Positions 25,646 to 36,585 of a DNA stretch of 63,608 nucleotides are shown in pieces. A program made the position numbers and the translations under genes. How positions within the stretch are numbered: the first letter of the stretch is position 1; every line of letters starts with the position of its first letter. The notes beneath the pieces are model-generated. The model worked only from the letters and a program-made list of their open reading frames with translations. It was not told where the DNA came from and did no database searches. Source of the DNA: Syntrophomonadaceae bacterium (GTDB taxonomy: Bacteria > Bacillota > Dethiobacteria > DTU022); the NCBI GenBank assembly GCA_007130825.1, contig SLRT01000018.1, forward strand, positions 1 through 63,608. The letters run 5' to 3'.

Positions 25646-26770
25646 TTAATCGATCCTCTGGCGATGGATTTCGTACTGACCCAGGGAACGCTCATCCAGG
25701 TTTGTCAGTCCGGCTTCCTTGGCCCATGCTATCGCTTCCACGAATTCTTCCGATGTAATCGCGCGGGCGATTTTTTCATATTCAAAAGCCTTGAATTCAA
25801 CCCGGTACTGGGACATGATATTTACATAAGTGTCTTTTGATAAGTTTTCTGCTACCCAGTAGGCGAATTCGCGGGGATTGGAAACCCGGTTGGGCATGAC
25901 CAGGTGGCGGACCATCAAACCGCTTTTGGCTATATAGCGTTGATCGGTAATCAGGTTTCCTACCTGGCGATGCATTTCGATCAGAGCCTCCTGGGACCTC
26001 TGCGGGTAGTCATCAGCTTCGGCCAAATTATACCGTTCAGCTTTATCGCCGTCCATAAATTTCATATCCGGCAGGTAAATATCGACAATGCCATCTAACA
26101 GCTCGACAATTTCTTTGCGTTCATAGCCGCTGGTATTGTAACAAAGGGGCAGGTTTAAACCGTTTTTATGGGCAATGCGGGCAGCCCGCAGAATGTTGGG
26201 CATTACGTGGGTCGGTGTGACCAGGTTGATGTTATGACAACCTTTACGCTGCAGATCGAGCATCATTTCCGCAATTTCCTCATCGCTGACTGTACTGCCC
26301 CGACCCTTGTGGGCAATCGGATAGTTCTGGCAAAAAACACAGCGCAGGTTGCAATTGGAAAAAAATATGGTTCCGGAACCGTTATGCCCCACAAGGGGTA
26401 TTTCTTCACCAAAATGAGGCTGCCGGCTGTAGACAACTGCAGTATTTGTAGTCTGGCAGAATCCTTTCTCGCCCCTGCTGCGTTTTTCGCCACAGCGACG
26501 CGGGCAGAGCTCGCATTCTTCAAATATGCTGTAGGCCTTATCGATTCTTTCAGCAAATTTGCCGTCTGCTTCCAGCCTGGCATAAGCCGGCTGCCATGAT
26601 TCAAATTCTTCGCCCGGTGTGTCTATCGGTGTTACTACAGGGTCCTCTGTGGGAGTACATGCTTTTAAAAGCCAGGATCCCCCGGCCAGGTAAAGTAACC
26701 CGGCGCCACCGGCAAGGAAAATATTTTTAAGCAATTTTTCACGGGACAAAGCCATTACTATCAACCTCAC
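25646..26770 (-). CDS. Radical-SAM enzyme (PflX/COG1313-like) with an N-terminal hydrophobic anchor
   Basis: MALSREKLLKNIFLAGGAGLLYLAGGSWLLKAC, then CELCPRRCGEKRSRGEKGFC, then SNCNLRCVFCQN (CxxxCxxC). Confidence 0.85.
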   Translation of the reverse strand: MRLIVMALSREKLLKNIFLAGGAGLLYLAGGSWLLKACTPTEDPVVTPIDTPGEEFESWQPAYARLEADGKFAERIDKAYSIFEECELCPRRCGEKRSRGEKGFCQTTNTAVVYSRQPHFGEEIPLVGHNGSGTIFFSNCNLRCVFCQNYPIAHKGRGSTVSDEEIAEMMLDLQRKGCHNINLVTPTHVMPNILRAARIAHKNGLNLPLCYNTSGYERKEIVELLDGIVDIYLPDMKFMDGDKAERYNLAEADDYPQRSQEALIEMHRQVGNLITDQRYIAKSGLMVRHLVMPNRVSNPREFAYWVAENLSKDTYVNIMSQYRVEFKAFEYEKIARAITSEEFVEAIAWAKEAGLTNLDERSLGQYEIHRQRID

Positions 26771-27364
26771 CTCCTAAAGCACAGGGTTTATGGACTGGTA
26801 AATGGCGTTGAGTTTAACAGCAGTAAATTTGACTCTAAAAATCAAGCAGCAATGCTTTATTTTATGCTTATATTATACCAAGAGAAAAAATAATTTAAAA
26901 GCTGCAGTGGATCACCGGGAGTGAAAAGTTCGGTAAAATCTTAGATCCTACAAGATAAACAGCTTAGCCGGGCTGTTTTTTTACGGAGACTATACCCTGA
27001 ACTGTCTTTTCTGTCAGGATTGGCGCTACCGTTTTCTGACCAGGGAATTGAGTCTCCTATTCCTATAATGCCATGGGGAAGGTCCGCAGTGGTTGGCCGG
27101 TATAGAGGCAGTAATAATCAGCCTGTTACCTGTTTAATCTTATCCACTTCCCGCTCTTAGCAGGAATATCTGCGAGTACAAGCGAATTTTAAATATAAAT
27201 CATCCATGCACTGCATGCACTGATTGCATGCAGTGCGTGTAACCCTGCAGTTAATCCTGCAGTCAATTAACCGCGATATGGTTAGCCCTGGATGCGCATG
27301 CTCAGTTTTAGGGATGGCCCGGGGAAAGGTAAGCCGGGAAGCTCATTTTTTTGTCGCAGTCAGG

Positions 27365-27393
27365 TTGTCAATCATTTTTTTTCCCGTTATAAT
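27365..27393 (+). promoter_or_regulatory. Sigma-A-type promoter upstream of carA
   Basis: TTGTCA, a 17-nt spacer, then TATAAT, about 80 nt upstream of the carA ATG. Confidence 0.5.
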
Positions 27394-27471
27394 CATAAAG
27401 ATATATTGATTAACGGTTACAGGTGACTGACCGAATTAGCTTTTTCTGCAGCATACAGGTAAAAGGAGGAG

Positions 27472-28581
27472 ATGGCCCTGCGAGCTTTATTGGTGTTGGA
27501 AGACGGTTTTACCATGAAAGGGGAATGTTTTTCCGGAGAAGGTGAGGTATATGGGGAAGTGGTTTTTAACACTTCAATGACCGGTTATCAGGAAATGATT
27601 ACTGATCCTTCGTATCGGGGTCAAATCCTGGCGTTTACTTATCCTGTGATTGGCAGTTGTGGAATAACTGAATACGATATGGAATCGGACTCTCCCCAGG
27701 TGGAGGGTCTTTTGGTAAAGGAACACTGCCGGAGACCACGTAATCAGCGAGCCCAGGATTCTTTAAGCAACTACCTCGAAAATAACCAAATCCTGGGCGT
27801 GGAAGGGATCGACACCCGCTCACTTACCCTTCACCTGCGCAGAGCGGGCACAATGAAGGGTGTTATCTCGACCATAGAAAAAGATCCGGAAGTTCTTCGG
27901 CAAAAGCTGATAGCCAATCGGGAAATTGACACCCGGGATCTGGTCGGCGAGGTATCCAACCCACAGTCTTTTTCCTGGGCCTACCCGGAGAGCGGTTTTC
28001 ACGTGGTAGTTTATGATTACGGGGTTAAATTTAATATTTTGCGCCACCTGACGCTCCGTGGATGCCGGGTAACAGTTGTTCCTTACCGGACCACCGCTGC
28101 AGAAGTAGTGTCGCTCAAGCCCGAAGGGGTGGTTCTCTCTAACGGACCCGGGGATCCGGCTGATCAAAAATCCCTTGTTCCGGAAGTACGAGCGCTTTTT
28201 GGCAAAGCGCCTCTTTTCGGGATTTGCCTTGGCCATCAATTGTTGGGTTTGGCTGCTGGTTTGCAGACTTATAAGCTGACTTTTGGCCACCGGGGCGGTA
28301 ATCATCCGATCAAGGATCTATCAACGGGAAAGGTGCACATTACTTCTCAGAACCATGGTTACTGTGTGCTCCTGGAAAAAGAATACGAGGGAACGGTGCC
28401 GACACATATTAATCTTAACGATAACACACTGGAGGGGATGGAAAACCGGGATCAAAACTGGTTTTCAGTACAGTATCATCCTGAAGCTTCTCCGGGACCC
28501 CATGATTCTACATATTTATTCGACAAATTTATAAGTTTAATGGAAGAAAAGGCCGGAAGGGAGGGCGGTAAAAATGCCTAG
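27472..28581 (+). CDS. carA: Carbamoyl-phosphate synthase small (glutaminase) subunit
   Basis: 369 aa. [18 protein letters not shown], the catalytic GICLGHQLL and [10 protein letters not shown]. It overlaps the carB start by 8 nt. Confidence 0.95.
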   Translation: MALRALLVLEDGFTMKGECFSGEGEVYGEVVFNTSMTGYQEMITDPSYRGQILAFTYPVIGSCGITEYDMESDSPQVEGLLVKEHCRRPRNQRAQDSLSNYLENNQILGVEGIDTRSLTLHLRRAGTMKGVISTIEKDPEVLRQKLIANREIDTRDLVGEVSNPQSFSWAYPESGFHVVVYDYGVKFNILRHLTLRGCRVTVVPYRTTAAEVVSLKPEGVVLSNGPGDPADQKSLVPEVRALFGKAPLFGICLGHQLLGLAAGLQTYKLTFGHRGGNHPIKDLSTGKVHITSQNHGYCVLLEKEYEGTVPTHINLNDNTLEGMENRDQNWFSVQYHPEASPGPHDSTYLFDKFISLMEEKAGREGGKNA

Positions 28582-31500
28582 GCGGAACGACTTGCAAAAA
28601 ATTATGCTTATTGGATCAGGGCCGATTGTTATTGGCCAGGCTTGTGAATTCGACTATTCCGGAACCCAGGCCTGCCGGGCTTTGAAAGAAGAAGGTTATG
28701 AGGTGGTTCTGATTAACAGCAATCCGGCCACAATCATGACCGATCCGGTTATGGCCGACCGAACCTATATTGAGCCCCTGACCGTGGAAGCGGCAACTCT
28801 TGTCATCGAAAAAGAACGCCCGCAGGCCCTTTTACCGACCCTTGGTGGGCAGACTGCTTTAAATATTGCCGTGGAGTTATCAGAAAGCGGAGTGCTTGAT
28901 CACTATGGTGTAGAGTTGATCGGGGCGAATTCTGAAGTTATCAACCGGGCTGAAAACCGTGATCTTTTCAAAGAGGCCATGAATCGGGCCGGACTGGAAT
29001 CGGCCGAAAGTTCTCATTTGAAGAGTGTGAGCCAGGCCCTGGAGTTTGCTGCCCATAAAGGTTATCCCCTGGTAATCCGCCCCTCTTTCACCCTCGGCGG
29101 CGCCGGGGGCGGCATTGCCTATAACGAGGAACAACTGGTTGAAATGGTTTCGGTTGGATTAAACAGCAGTCCAATCAGGCAGATTTTGGTCGAAGAAGCA
29201 CTGATGAACTGGAAAGAGTTTGAACTGGAAGTTATGCGTGACCGTAATGATAATGTAGTAATTGTCTGCTCGATAGAAAACATGGATCCGATGGGGGTGC
29301 ACACCGGGGAAAGTATAACCGTAGCCCCGGCGCAAACTCTCAGCGACCATGAATACCAGATGATGCGTGATGCTTCTATCCGGGCCCTGCGGGAAATCGG
29401 GGTTGAAACGGGAGGCTGCAATATTCAGTTTGCTATGGATCCCGAAACCAGCCGCATGGTAGTGGTGGAGATGAACCCGCGGGTTTCTCGCTCATCAGCT
29501 TTAGCTTCCAAGGCTACCGGTTTCCCGATTGCCAAAATTGCCGCCAAGCTTGCTGTCGGTTACAGCCTGGATGAATTGTCTAACGATATCACCAAGGAAA
29601 CCCCGGCTTCTTTTGAACCGACCCTGGATTACGTGGTGGTAAAGATTCCCCGTTGGGATTTCGATAAATTTCCGGAAGCCGACCAGGTTTTGAACACCCG
29701 TATGAAATCTGTGGGGGAAGTAATGAGCATCGCCCGCACTTTTAAAGAAGCTTTGCAAAAAGCGCTGCGTTCCCTGGAGCAGGGTTTTGACGGCCTGATG
29801 GAAGAAGAAATGCCTTCTGAAATCAAAGACCGCAAAGCATGGTTAGAGAAACAATTACAGCGACCCCGGCCGGATCGAATATTTAGCATTGCTGTAGCCC
29901 TGCGGGAAGGTTTTACCCCTGATGAAATAAGCAAACTCAGTGGAATTGACGGGTGGTTCATAGATCAGATGGAACAGTTAATCCGGCTGGAAAAAGAATT
30001 ACGATCAATCAGGGAATTAGACGAGGGAATTCTGTGGCGGGCCAAGGCCTGGGGATTTTCAGATGAGCGGATTGCCCGGCTGGTTGGAGATAGCGAAGCA
30101 GAAGTTCGCCGGCGCAGGCAGGCATGGTCCATATATCCTGTTTACCGGCGGGTGGATACCTGTGCCGGAGAATTTGAGGCGCATACTCCCTATCTTTACT
30201 CAACTTACGAACAGGGTGCTGCCGAAGGGGCGGTAGCCGAATCCATTTCCGGAAAGGAAGCGAAAAAGGGTAAGATCATCATATTAGGCAGCGGTCCAAA
30301 CCGTATTGGCCAGGGCCTGGAATTTGATTACTGCTGCGTGCGCGCGGCTTTAACTTTAAGGGAAGAGGGCTACGAAATTATAATGGTCAACTGCAACCCG
30401 GAAACGGTAAGCACAGATTACGATATTTCCGACTGCCTTTATTTTGAACCCCTGACCCTGGAAGACGTGTTAAACATCTGTCATGAGGAAAATCCTGACG
30501 GTATAATACTGCAGTTTGGAGGCCAAACACCTTTGAAACTGGCCCAACCGCTGTTGGAAGCAGGCATGCCTTTATGGGGCACTTCTCCCCGGGACATTGA
30601 CCGGGTGGAAAACAGGCGTGAATTTGCCGGAGTGATTGATAAACTTGGTCTGTGGGAAATGGCCCACGGCACAGCCGGTAATCCCGCAGAAGTCCAGGAC
30701 ATTGCCGGCAAGTTGGGTTTTCCGCTGCTGGCCCGTCCTTCTTATGTCCTGGGAGGAAGGGCTATGCGGGTGGTCTACAATACAGATGAACTGGAAAAAT
30801 ATATTTATTCTCTACCGGAGTTAAGCCCGGGCAACCCTTTGCTGTTAGATAAGTTCCTGGAGGGGGCAGTTGAGATTGATGTCGATGCCGTTAGTGACGG
30901 AAACCTGGTGGTAGTGGGGGGAATCATGGAGCACGTGGAGCATGCCGGGGTGCATTCCGGTGACAGCTGCTGTGTTCTGCCAACTTACAGCATTGGCCCG
31001 CAGCAGTTAAGAGAAATCCGCAGGCAAACGGAAATGCTGGCCCGGGAACTGAATGTTATCGGGCTGTTAAATATTCAGTTTGCAGTTCGGGGACGAGAAG
31101 TATTTATTCTGGAAGCCAACCCGCGGGCTTCCAGGACCGTGCCTTTTGTCGGTAAAGCCATCGGGGTGCCCCTGGCCGGTCTGGCGGCCCGGGTCATAGC
31201 CGGGGCTTCTTTGACGGAACTTAACTTTACAGCTGAAATAGTTCCTGATTATTATTCAGTCAAGGAAGCGGTTTTTTCGTTTATTCGTTTTGATCAGATG
31301 GATATTGTGCTTGGCCCGGAAATGCGTTCCACGGGAGAAGTTATGGGTATTGATTATGATTTGGGCATGGCCATGGCCAAGGCCCAGCGCGCTGCAGGCA
31401 CGCCTTTTCCCCTGGAAGGCCGGATATTTATCACAGTTGCTGACTGGGATAAGCCGCAGGCGATTGAACTGGCCCGGGGCCTGGCCAGGCTGGGTTTTCA

Positions 31501-31810
31501 TTTGATGGCCACCTCGGGGACAGCTGCTGCCTTTCGCGATATTGGTATCAACGTCGAGGAAGTAAAACGCATTAGCGAGGGCTCACCGCACATGCTGGAC
31601 TACATTAATGAAAACAAAGTAGACTTGATTATCAATACTCCCGAAGGCTCTGGAGCCAAATCGGACGGGGCCCGCATGCGCCGTTATGCAGCACAGCGGG
31701 GAGTTTCGATAATTACCACCATGCAGGGGGCCCTGGCCGCCCTGGAAGGGATCCAGGCCATTAGAAAACAAAAAATGGCAGTTCGCTGCTTGCAGGACTA
31801 TTATACTTGA
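28574..31810 (+). CDS. carB: Carbamoyl-phosphate synthase large subunit
   Basis: 1078 aa with duplicated ATP-grasp halves ([21 protein letters not shown] and [19 protein letters not shown]) and a C-terminal MGS-like domain. Confidence 0.95.
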   Translation: MPRRNDLQKIMLIGSGPIVIGQACEFDYSGTQACRALKEEGYEVVLINSNPATIMTDPVMADRTYIEPLTVEAATLVIEKERPQALLPTLGGQTALNIAVELSESGVLDHYGVELIGANSEVINRAENRDLFKEAMNRAGLESAESSHLKSVSQALEFAAHKGYPLVIRPSFTLGGAGGGIAYNEEQLVEMVSVGLNSSPIRQILVEEALMNWKEFELEVMRDRNDNVVIVCSIENMDPMGVHTGESITVAPAQTLSDHEYQMMRDASIRALREIGVETGGCNIQFAMDPETSRMVVVEMNPRVSRSSALASKATGFPIAKIAAKLAVGYSLDELSNDITKETPASFEPTLDYVVVKIPRWDFDKFPEADQVLNTRMKSVGEVMSIARTFKEALQKALRSLEQGFDGLMEEEMPSEIKDRKAWLEKQLQRPRPDRIFSIAVALREGFTPDEISKLSGIDGWFIDQMEQLIRLEKELRSIRELDEGILWRAKAWGFSDERIARLVGDSEAEVRRRRQAWSIYPVYRRVDTCAGEFEAHTPYLYSTYEQGAAEGAVAESISGKEAKKGKIIILGSGPNRIGQGLEFDYCCVRAALTLREEGYEIIMVNCNPETVSTDYDISDCLYFEPLTLEDVLNICHEENPDGIILQFGGQTPLKLAQPLLEAGMPLWGTSPRDIDRVENRREFAGVIDKLGLWEMAHGTAGNPAEVQDIAGKLGFPLLARPSYVLGGRAMRVVYNTDELEKYIYSLPELSPGNPLLLDKFLEGAVEIDVDAVSDGNLVVVGGIMEHVEHAGVHSGDSCCVLPTYSIGPQQLREIRRQTEMLARELNVIGLLNIQFAVRGREVFILEANPRASRTVPFVGKAIGVPLAGLAARVIAGASLTELNFTAEIVPDYYSVKEAVFSFIRFDQMDIVLGPEMRSTGEVMGIDYDLGMAMAKAQRAAGTPFPLEGRIFITVADWDKPQAIELARGLARLGFHLMATSGTAAAFRDIGINVEEVKRISEGSPHMLDYINENKVDLIINTPEGSGAKSDGARMRRYAAQRGVSIITTMQGALAALEGIQAIRKQKMAVRCLQDYYT

Positions 31811-31831
31811 AAATAGCAGACCGTTTATTAT

Positions 31832-31960
31832 ATCCTGCCCTGGACAGGATAGCGTCATAAAGTTGGGTTTTAAGTGACCCCCTGTAAACATAGCATAGAC
31901 CGGTGTTTGCCGGATCACTAAAAATTCTTGCCAAAATGGCGCAGCACATTAGAATTAAGG
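31832..31960 (-). repeat. Dispersed intergenic repeat, copy E (reverse orientation)
   Basis: The reverse complement reads CCTTAATTCTAATGTGCTGCGCCATTTTGGCAAGAATTTTTAGTGATCCGGCAAACACC...GTTTACAGGGGGTCACTTAAAACCCAACTTTATGACGCTATCCTGTCCAGGGCAGGATA, collinear with copy B. Confidence 0.85.
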
Positions 31961-32011
31961 ACGCAATTAAACGGGCTTTATTCAAGCGGGATTGCATAAA
32001 CCGGCCTGTTC

Positions 32012-32424
32012 CTATTCACCGATTAGTTTGATGATCACCCTTTTTTTGCGCTTATCATCGAACTCGGCATAAAAGACCTGCTGCCAGGGTCCGAAATCGA
32101 GTTTTCTTTCGGTAATTGGGACTAATACCTGGTGACCGACAAGCATATTTTTCAGGTGGGCATCACCGTTATCTTCACCGGTACGGTGGTGGTTGTAGTC
32201 TGCGCGGTAAGGGGCCAGCTTTTCCAGCATCTGATCGATATCTTGAATTAATCCCGATTCGTTGTCGTTAATGTAGATCCCGGCGGTTAAGTGCATAGCC
32301 GATACCATGGCAAAACCTTCCCTGAGGCCGCTTTCCCTGAGCGCTTTTTCTACCTCCCCGGTTATATTATATACTCGCGCCGTTTTTCGGTATTAAAAGT
32401 AAGGTAAGTAGTATGCGATTGCAT
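32012..32424 (-). pseudogene. YjbQ/UPF0047-family (secondary thiamine-phosphate synthase) gene with a 1-nt frameshift
   Basis: The ATG at 32424 gives [19 protein letters not shown] and then a stop. Shifting one base continues [40 protein letters not shown]...RVIIKLIGE, which is the full-length family sequence. The span is 413 nt, one short of a multiple of three. Confidence 0.75.
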
Positions 32425-32647
32425 AAAATCATTCCCTTCCGGCTTAAATTAATGGCCCCGGTTTTTCTTCTTTACCGGCGGGTTAAAAACCTTTCTGGTA
32501 AATTAAAAAACTGGTATGATCAAAGCAGCCGTTGATCTGTGTATAAGCTTCGCAGTATTAGTTTGATCTGCTTCAGGAGGGACCAGGAAGAAGGGGTTGA
32601 AGACCAGCTAGATCCACATACGGCAGGCAAAAAGGGGGGTAAGGAGA

Positions 32648-34363
32648 GTGGAAAAACAGGGGACAGCGAAGATATTGGAAGAAATCGGGGTTCTTCTTGA
32701 GCTTAACGGTGAGAGCACTTTTAAAAGCCGGGCCTACTACAATGCGGCGCGCACGGTGGAGTTAATGGGCGAAGACGAACTGCACCGATTAGTGCAAGAA
32801 GACAAGTTAAAGGATGTTAAGGGCATTGGTAATGCTTTGAACGAGAAACTAAAAGAGCTTGTATTTACCGGCAGTTTGCCTTACTACGAGGAACTGAAAG
32901 CAAGTGTTCCCGGAGGCCTTTTGGAAATGCTTAGAGTGCCCGGGCTCGGACCCCGCAAAGTGAGAGCGCTTTACGACTTGCTGGAGATTACCACCCTTGC
33001 CGAACTCGAATATGCCTGCCGGGAGAACAGGTTGGTCAATTTAAAAGGCTTTGGCCCTAAAACCCAGGAAAACATTCTTGCCGGAATTGAATTCTTACGG
33101 CGTTACGAGGGACAATTCTTTTTAAATGAAGCGCGAGAAATTGCTGCTGCCCTCCTGGAAGAAATTAAAGGATTTTCTGCTTTGGGAAAGATAAGTTTGG
33201 CCGGCAGCATCAGGCGCTGCCGGGAGATTGTCAAGGATATTGACCTGGTCGCTGCTGCCGATCAACCGGGTCGGCTGACCCGTTTTTTCTCAGAACTGTC
33301 CCCGGTTAAAGAAGTAATTGCCCTCGGCGAGACGAAAGCTTCAGTTCAGCTGGAGGAAGGTATTAATGCCGATTTGCGCGTAGTCAAAAATAAAGAGTTT
33401 CCGTTTGCCCTTCATCACTTTACCGGCAGCAAAGAACACAACACAGCCCTGCGCCACCGGGCTAAAACCATGGGATTGAAAATTAATGAATATGGCATTT
33501 TTCGTAATGGAAACCTGCTTACCTGCCGCAATGAAACAGAGCTGTTTAATACCCTCAACCTTTCCTTTATCCAGCCGGAGTTACGTGAAAACTACGGAGA
33601 AATCGAAGCAGCAGAAGAAAATGCCCTGCCCGCTCTTTTGGAAGAACAGGATATTAAAGGCATATTCCATGTGCATACCAACTACAGCGACGGTATCAAT
33701 ACCCTGGAAGAAGTGGTCCGCTACTGCCGGGAAGCCGGTTATGAATATGTGGGTATTACCGATCACAGCCAGTCCGCCTTTTATGCCGGTGGTTTGAAAG
33801 AAGATGACCTGGCCAGGCAGGAAGAGGAGATTGAAGCGCTGCGCGAGAAGTACCCCGAACTAGGTATATTTCACGGGGTAGAATCAGATATCCGCGCCGA
33901 CGGCAGCCTTGATTACGATGAGTCGGTCCTGGAACGGCTTGATTTTGTAATTGCCTCGGTGCACTCCGGGCTAAAAATGGAGCGGGAAAAGATGACTGAA
34001 AGGCTGCGGCTGGCCCTTGCTCATCCACGGGTGAGCATGCTCGGGCATCCAACCAACCGGCTTCTTCTCGGCCGGGATAGTTCTCCGATTAATATGGAAA
34101 AGGTTTTTCAGGCTGCGCTGGAAAATGACGTGATCTTGGAGTTAAATGCCAGCCCGGCCCGCCTTGATCTTGATTGGCGGCATTTAAAGAAAATTAAGGA
34201 GATGGGCTTGAAGGTATCAATTAATCCGGATGCCCATCGCCTGGAGAGCTTCCGGGACACAAACCTGGGTGTGGCTATCGCCCGCAAAGGATGGCTGGAA
34301 AAGAAAGATATTTTCAACACCCGTACCCGCCGGGATGTGGAGGAGTATTTTATGCGCCGGTGA
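32648..34363 (+). CDS. polX: DNA polymerase X family protein with a C-terminal PHP domain
   Basis: 571 aa. It has HhH motifs, the pol-beta nucleotidyltransferase motif GSIRRCREIVKDIDLV, and PHP motifs FHVHTNYSDG and GITDHS. Confidence 0.9.
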   Translation: MEKQGTAKILEEIGVLLELNGESTFKSRAYYNAARTVELMGEDELHRLVQEDKLKDVKGIGNALNEKLKELVFTGSLPYYEELKASVPGGLLEMLRVPGLGPRKVRALYDLLEITTLAELEYACRENRLVNLKGFGPKTQENILAGIEFLRRYEGQFFLNEAREIAAALLEEIKGFSALGKISLAGSIRRCREIVKDIDLVAAADQPGRLTRFFSELSPVKEVIALGETKASVQLEEGINADLRVVKNKEFPFALHHFTGSKEHNTALRHRAKTMGLKINEYGIFRNGNLLTCRNETELFNTLNLSFIQPELRENYGEIEAAEENALPALLEEQDIKGIFHVHTNYSDGINTLEEVVRYCREAGYEYVGITDHSQSAFYAGGLKEDDLARQEEEIEALREKYPELGIFHGVESDIRADGSLDYDESVLERLDFVIASVHSGLKMEREKMTERLRLALAHPRVSMLGHPTNRLLLGRDSSPINMEKVFQAALENDVILELNASPARLDLDWRHLKKIKEMGLKVSINPDAHRLESFRDTNLGVAIARKGWLEKKDIFNTRTRRDVEEYFMRR

Positions 34364-34686
34364 ATAACAAGATGACGCCCTGATTAGAAGCACGGCCGAT
34401 TCTTGTGTTGTGCTTTACTGCATTTTCAGCCATGATTTGTTTCCTGGCTGTCAAAACCGGCCCTGAAGGGCGATAGTCGCGCGATCCCGGTTTTCCGGAG
34501 CAAAGAAAAACGGATCAGAAAGCTTAAAACCATACCCCTGGAAGAATGCTTACCTCAAAAAACCTGGGGAAGTAGCCTGTTATAAACTGCATCATAAGGA
34601 GAACCTGGGACCGAAGAAGCAATGATCGAGGTTCTGGGTAATGGCCGGGATTTCTATGATTTTTAAGTTAAGGAGGCTGAATTAGC

Positions 34687-36585
34687 TTGGATTATTTTCC
34701 GGAGGCAAAAATTCTTGATGTGGATTTAAGCAGAGGGTCGGTCGAAAAACGAAGTATCCCCGGTGAAATATACCGTCTCTATCCCGGCGGTTCAGCGCTG
34801 GGACTCTATTTGTTATTACAGGAAATGGATCCCGGAATAGAACCATTATCACCGGATAATATGCTGATAATGGCCGTATCCCCGCTTACCGGCCTGCCGA
34901 TCAGCGGTCAGAGCAGGATGACCATAACCACGAAAAGTCCGCTTTCAGGTGCGATTGGTGACAGCCAGGCCGGTGGGTTTTTTCCGGCAGAACTAAAAGC
35001 GAACGGCTGGGATGCAGTCTTGTTTCGGGGAAAGGCTCAGAAACCTGTTTACCTGTATATTCGGGGAGAAAAGGCTGAACTGCGTGATGCCGGTATGGCC
35101 TGGGGTAAAGTAACCGGTGAAGCTGAAAAAGCTATTCAAAAAGACCTTGGTGAAAAAGGTCTATTTATCGCCCAGATTGGACCTGCCGGGGAGAACATGG
35201 TCAAGTTTGCCTCTGTAATGAACATGTGCAACCGGGCCAATGGGCGCAACGGAACCGGGGCGGTAATGGGTTCAAAGAACCTTAAAGCTGTAGTGGTCGG
35301 AAAAGGCAAAAAGATCAAGCCGGCCAACCCGGAAAGATTTAAAGAATTGTCCGCAAAGATAAAAAGCAGGATAAGCGACAACCATGTAGTAAGCGGCCTG
35401 GCCGAGCACGGTACAGATCACGGACTGATCGGTATGAATTCAGCAGGATACCTGGTGACCAGGAATTGGAGATCAGGCTGGTTTCCCGAGGGAGCAGAAC
35501 AGATTACCGGCACGACCATGACTGAAACGATCCTCAAAAAAAGGGATACCTGTTATGCCTGCGCGGTAAGATGTAAAAGAGTGGTAGAAGTCCCGGGAAC
35601 GGTAGATCCTCTCTATGGGGGGCCGGAATTTGAAACCTGTGCCGCCCTTGGTTCTTACTGCGGCATAAGCAATTTAGAGACTATCGCCCTGGCCAATCAG
35701 TTATGTAACATGTACGGGCTCGATACCATTTCCTGTGGAGCCACCATATCATTTGCCATAGAGTGCTTCCAGAAGGGCTTGATTACCAGAGAAGATACCG
35801 GGGGATTGGAGCTTAGTTTTGGAAACGAACAGGTCGTTCCCGAATTAATCGAAAAGATTGCCCGGAGGCAGGGGTTCGGCAATATACTGGCGGAGGGAAG
35901 CCTGGAAGCTGCCCGGCAGATAGGCGCAGGTGCTATAGAACTGAGTATTACAGCTAAGGGCCAAGAGCTGCCTGCACACATGCCGCAGCAAAAGCCCTCT
36001 CTCGGCTTAATTTATGCAGTAAATCCTTTCGGCGCAGATCATCAGTCAAGCGCTCATGACCCTGTTTTAAATTCGCACCCGGAAAGCCAAACCAGGAAGT
36101 TTCTCTACCAGATCGGCATCTGGAAAAGATACGGTCCAGATCAACTGATCCTGGACGAGGGAAAAGTCCGTTTTGCCTTTAACAGCCAATGTTTTTATTC
36201 ATTGGCTGACACTCTCTGTCTATGCCAATTTGTCTGGGGCCCCTGCTGGCAGGTTTTCGGACCTCTTGAACTGGTTGATTTTTGCCGCGACGGTTTGGGT
36301 TGGGAAACTTCGCTTTATGAATTGATGCTGGCCGGAGAAAGACGGATCAACATGATGCGTTTCTTCAACGCCCGGGAAGGTTTTACCCGGGAAGACGATA
36401 TTTTGCCGGAGCGCTTGTTCACTCCGCTGCCCGACGGCCCTTCGGAGGGAGTGGCTTTGAACGAAGCAGAACTTAATGAAGCCCGCGAATTATATTACAG
36501 GTTTGCCGGCTGGGATCCCGGGACGGGAAACCCCACCGGGACTTCCCTGAAAAGGCTGTCTTTGGGCTGGCTGCTGGATAAATAG
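34687..36585 (+). CDS. aor: Aldehyde:ferredoxin oxidoreductase (tungstopterin AOR family)
   Basis: 632 aa with an AOR N-domain (PGGSALGLYLL...PLTG) and Cys ligands in DTCYACAVRCKR; the tail is typical of the AOR family. TTG start after AAGGAGG. Confidence 0.9.
   Translation: MDYFPEAKILDVDLSRGSVEKRSIPGEIYRLYPGGSALGLYLLLQEMDPGIEPLSPDNMLIMAVSPLTGLPISGQSRMTITTKSPLSGAIGDSQAGGFFPAELKANGWDAVLFRGKAQKPVYLYIRGEKAELRDAGMAWGKVTGEAEKAIQKDLGEKGLFIAQIGPAGENMVKFASVMNMCNRANGRNGTGAVMGSKNLKAVVVGKGKKIKPANPERFKELSAKIKSRISDNHVVSGLAEHGTDHGLIGMNSAGYLVTRNWRSGWFPEGAEQITGTTMTETILKKRDTCYACAVRCKRVVEVPGTVDPLYGGPEFETCAALGSYCGISNLETIALANQLCNMYGLDTISCGATISFAIECFQKGLITREDTGGLELSFGNEQVVPELIEKIARRQGFGNILAEGSLEAARQIGAGAIELSITAKGQELPAHMPQQKPSLGLIYAVNPFGADHQSSAHDPVLNSHPESQTRKFLYQIGIWKRYGPDQLILDEGKVRFAFNSQCFYSLADTLCLCQFVWGPCWQVFGPLELVDFCRDGLGWETSLYELMLAGERRINMMRFFNAREGFTREDDILPERLFTPLPDGPSEGVALNEAELNEARELYYRFAGWDPGTGNPTGTSLKRLSLGWLLDK

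Noticed and set aside
27224-27409. 61-aa ORF in the carA upstream spacer.
   Set aside because: It runs through the palindrome and the promoter, has no RBS, and has an odd composition.
27820-31918. Numerous 60-160-aa ORFs on both strands within carA and carB.
   Set aside because: All are embedded in two long, unmistakable housekeeping genes.
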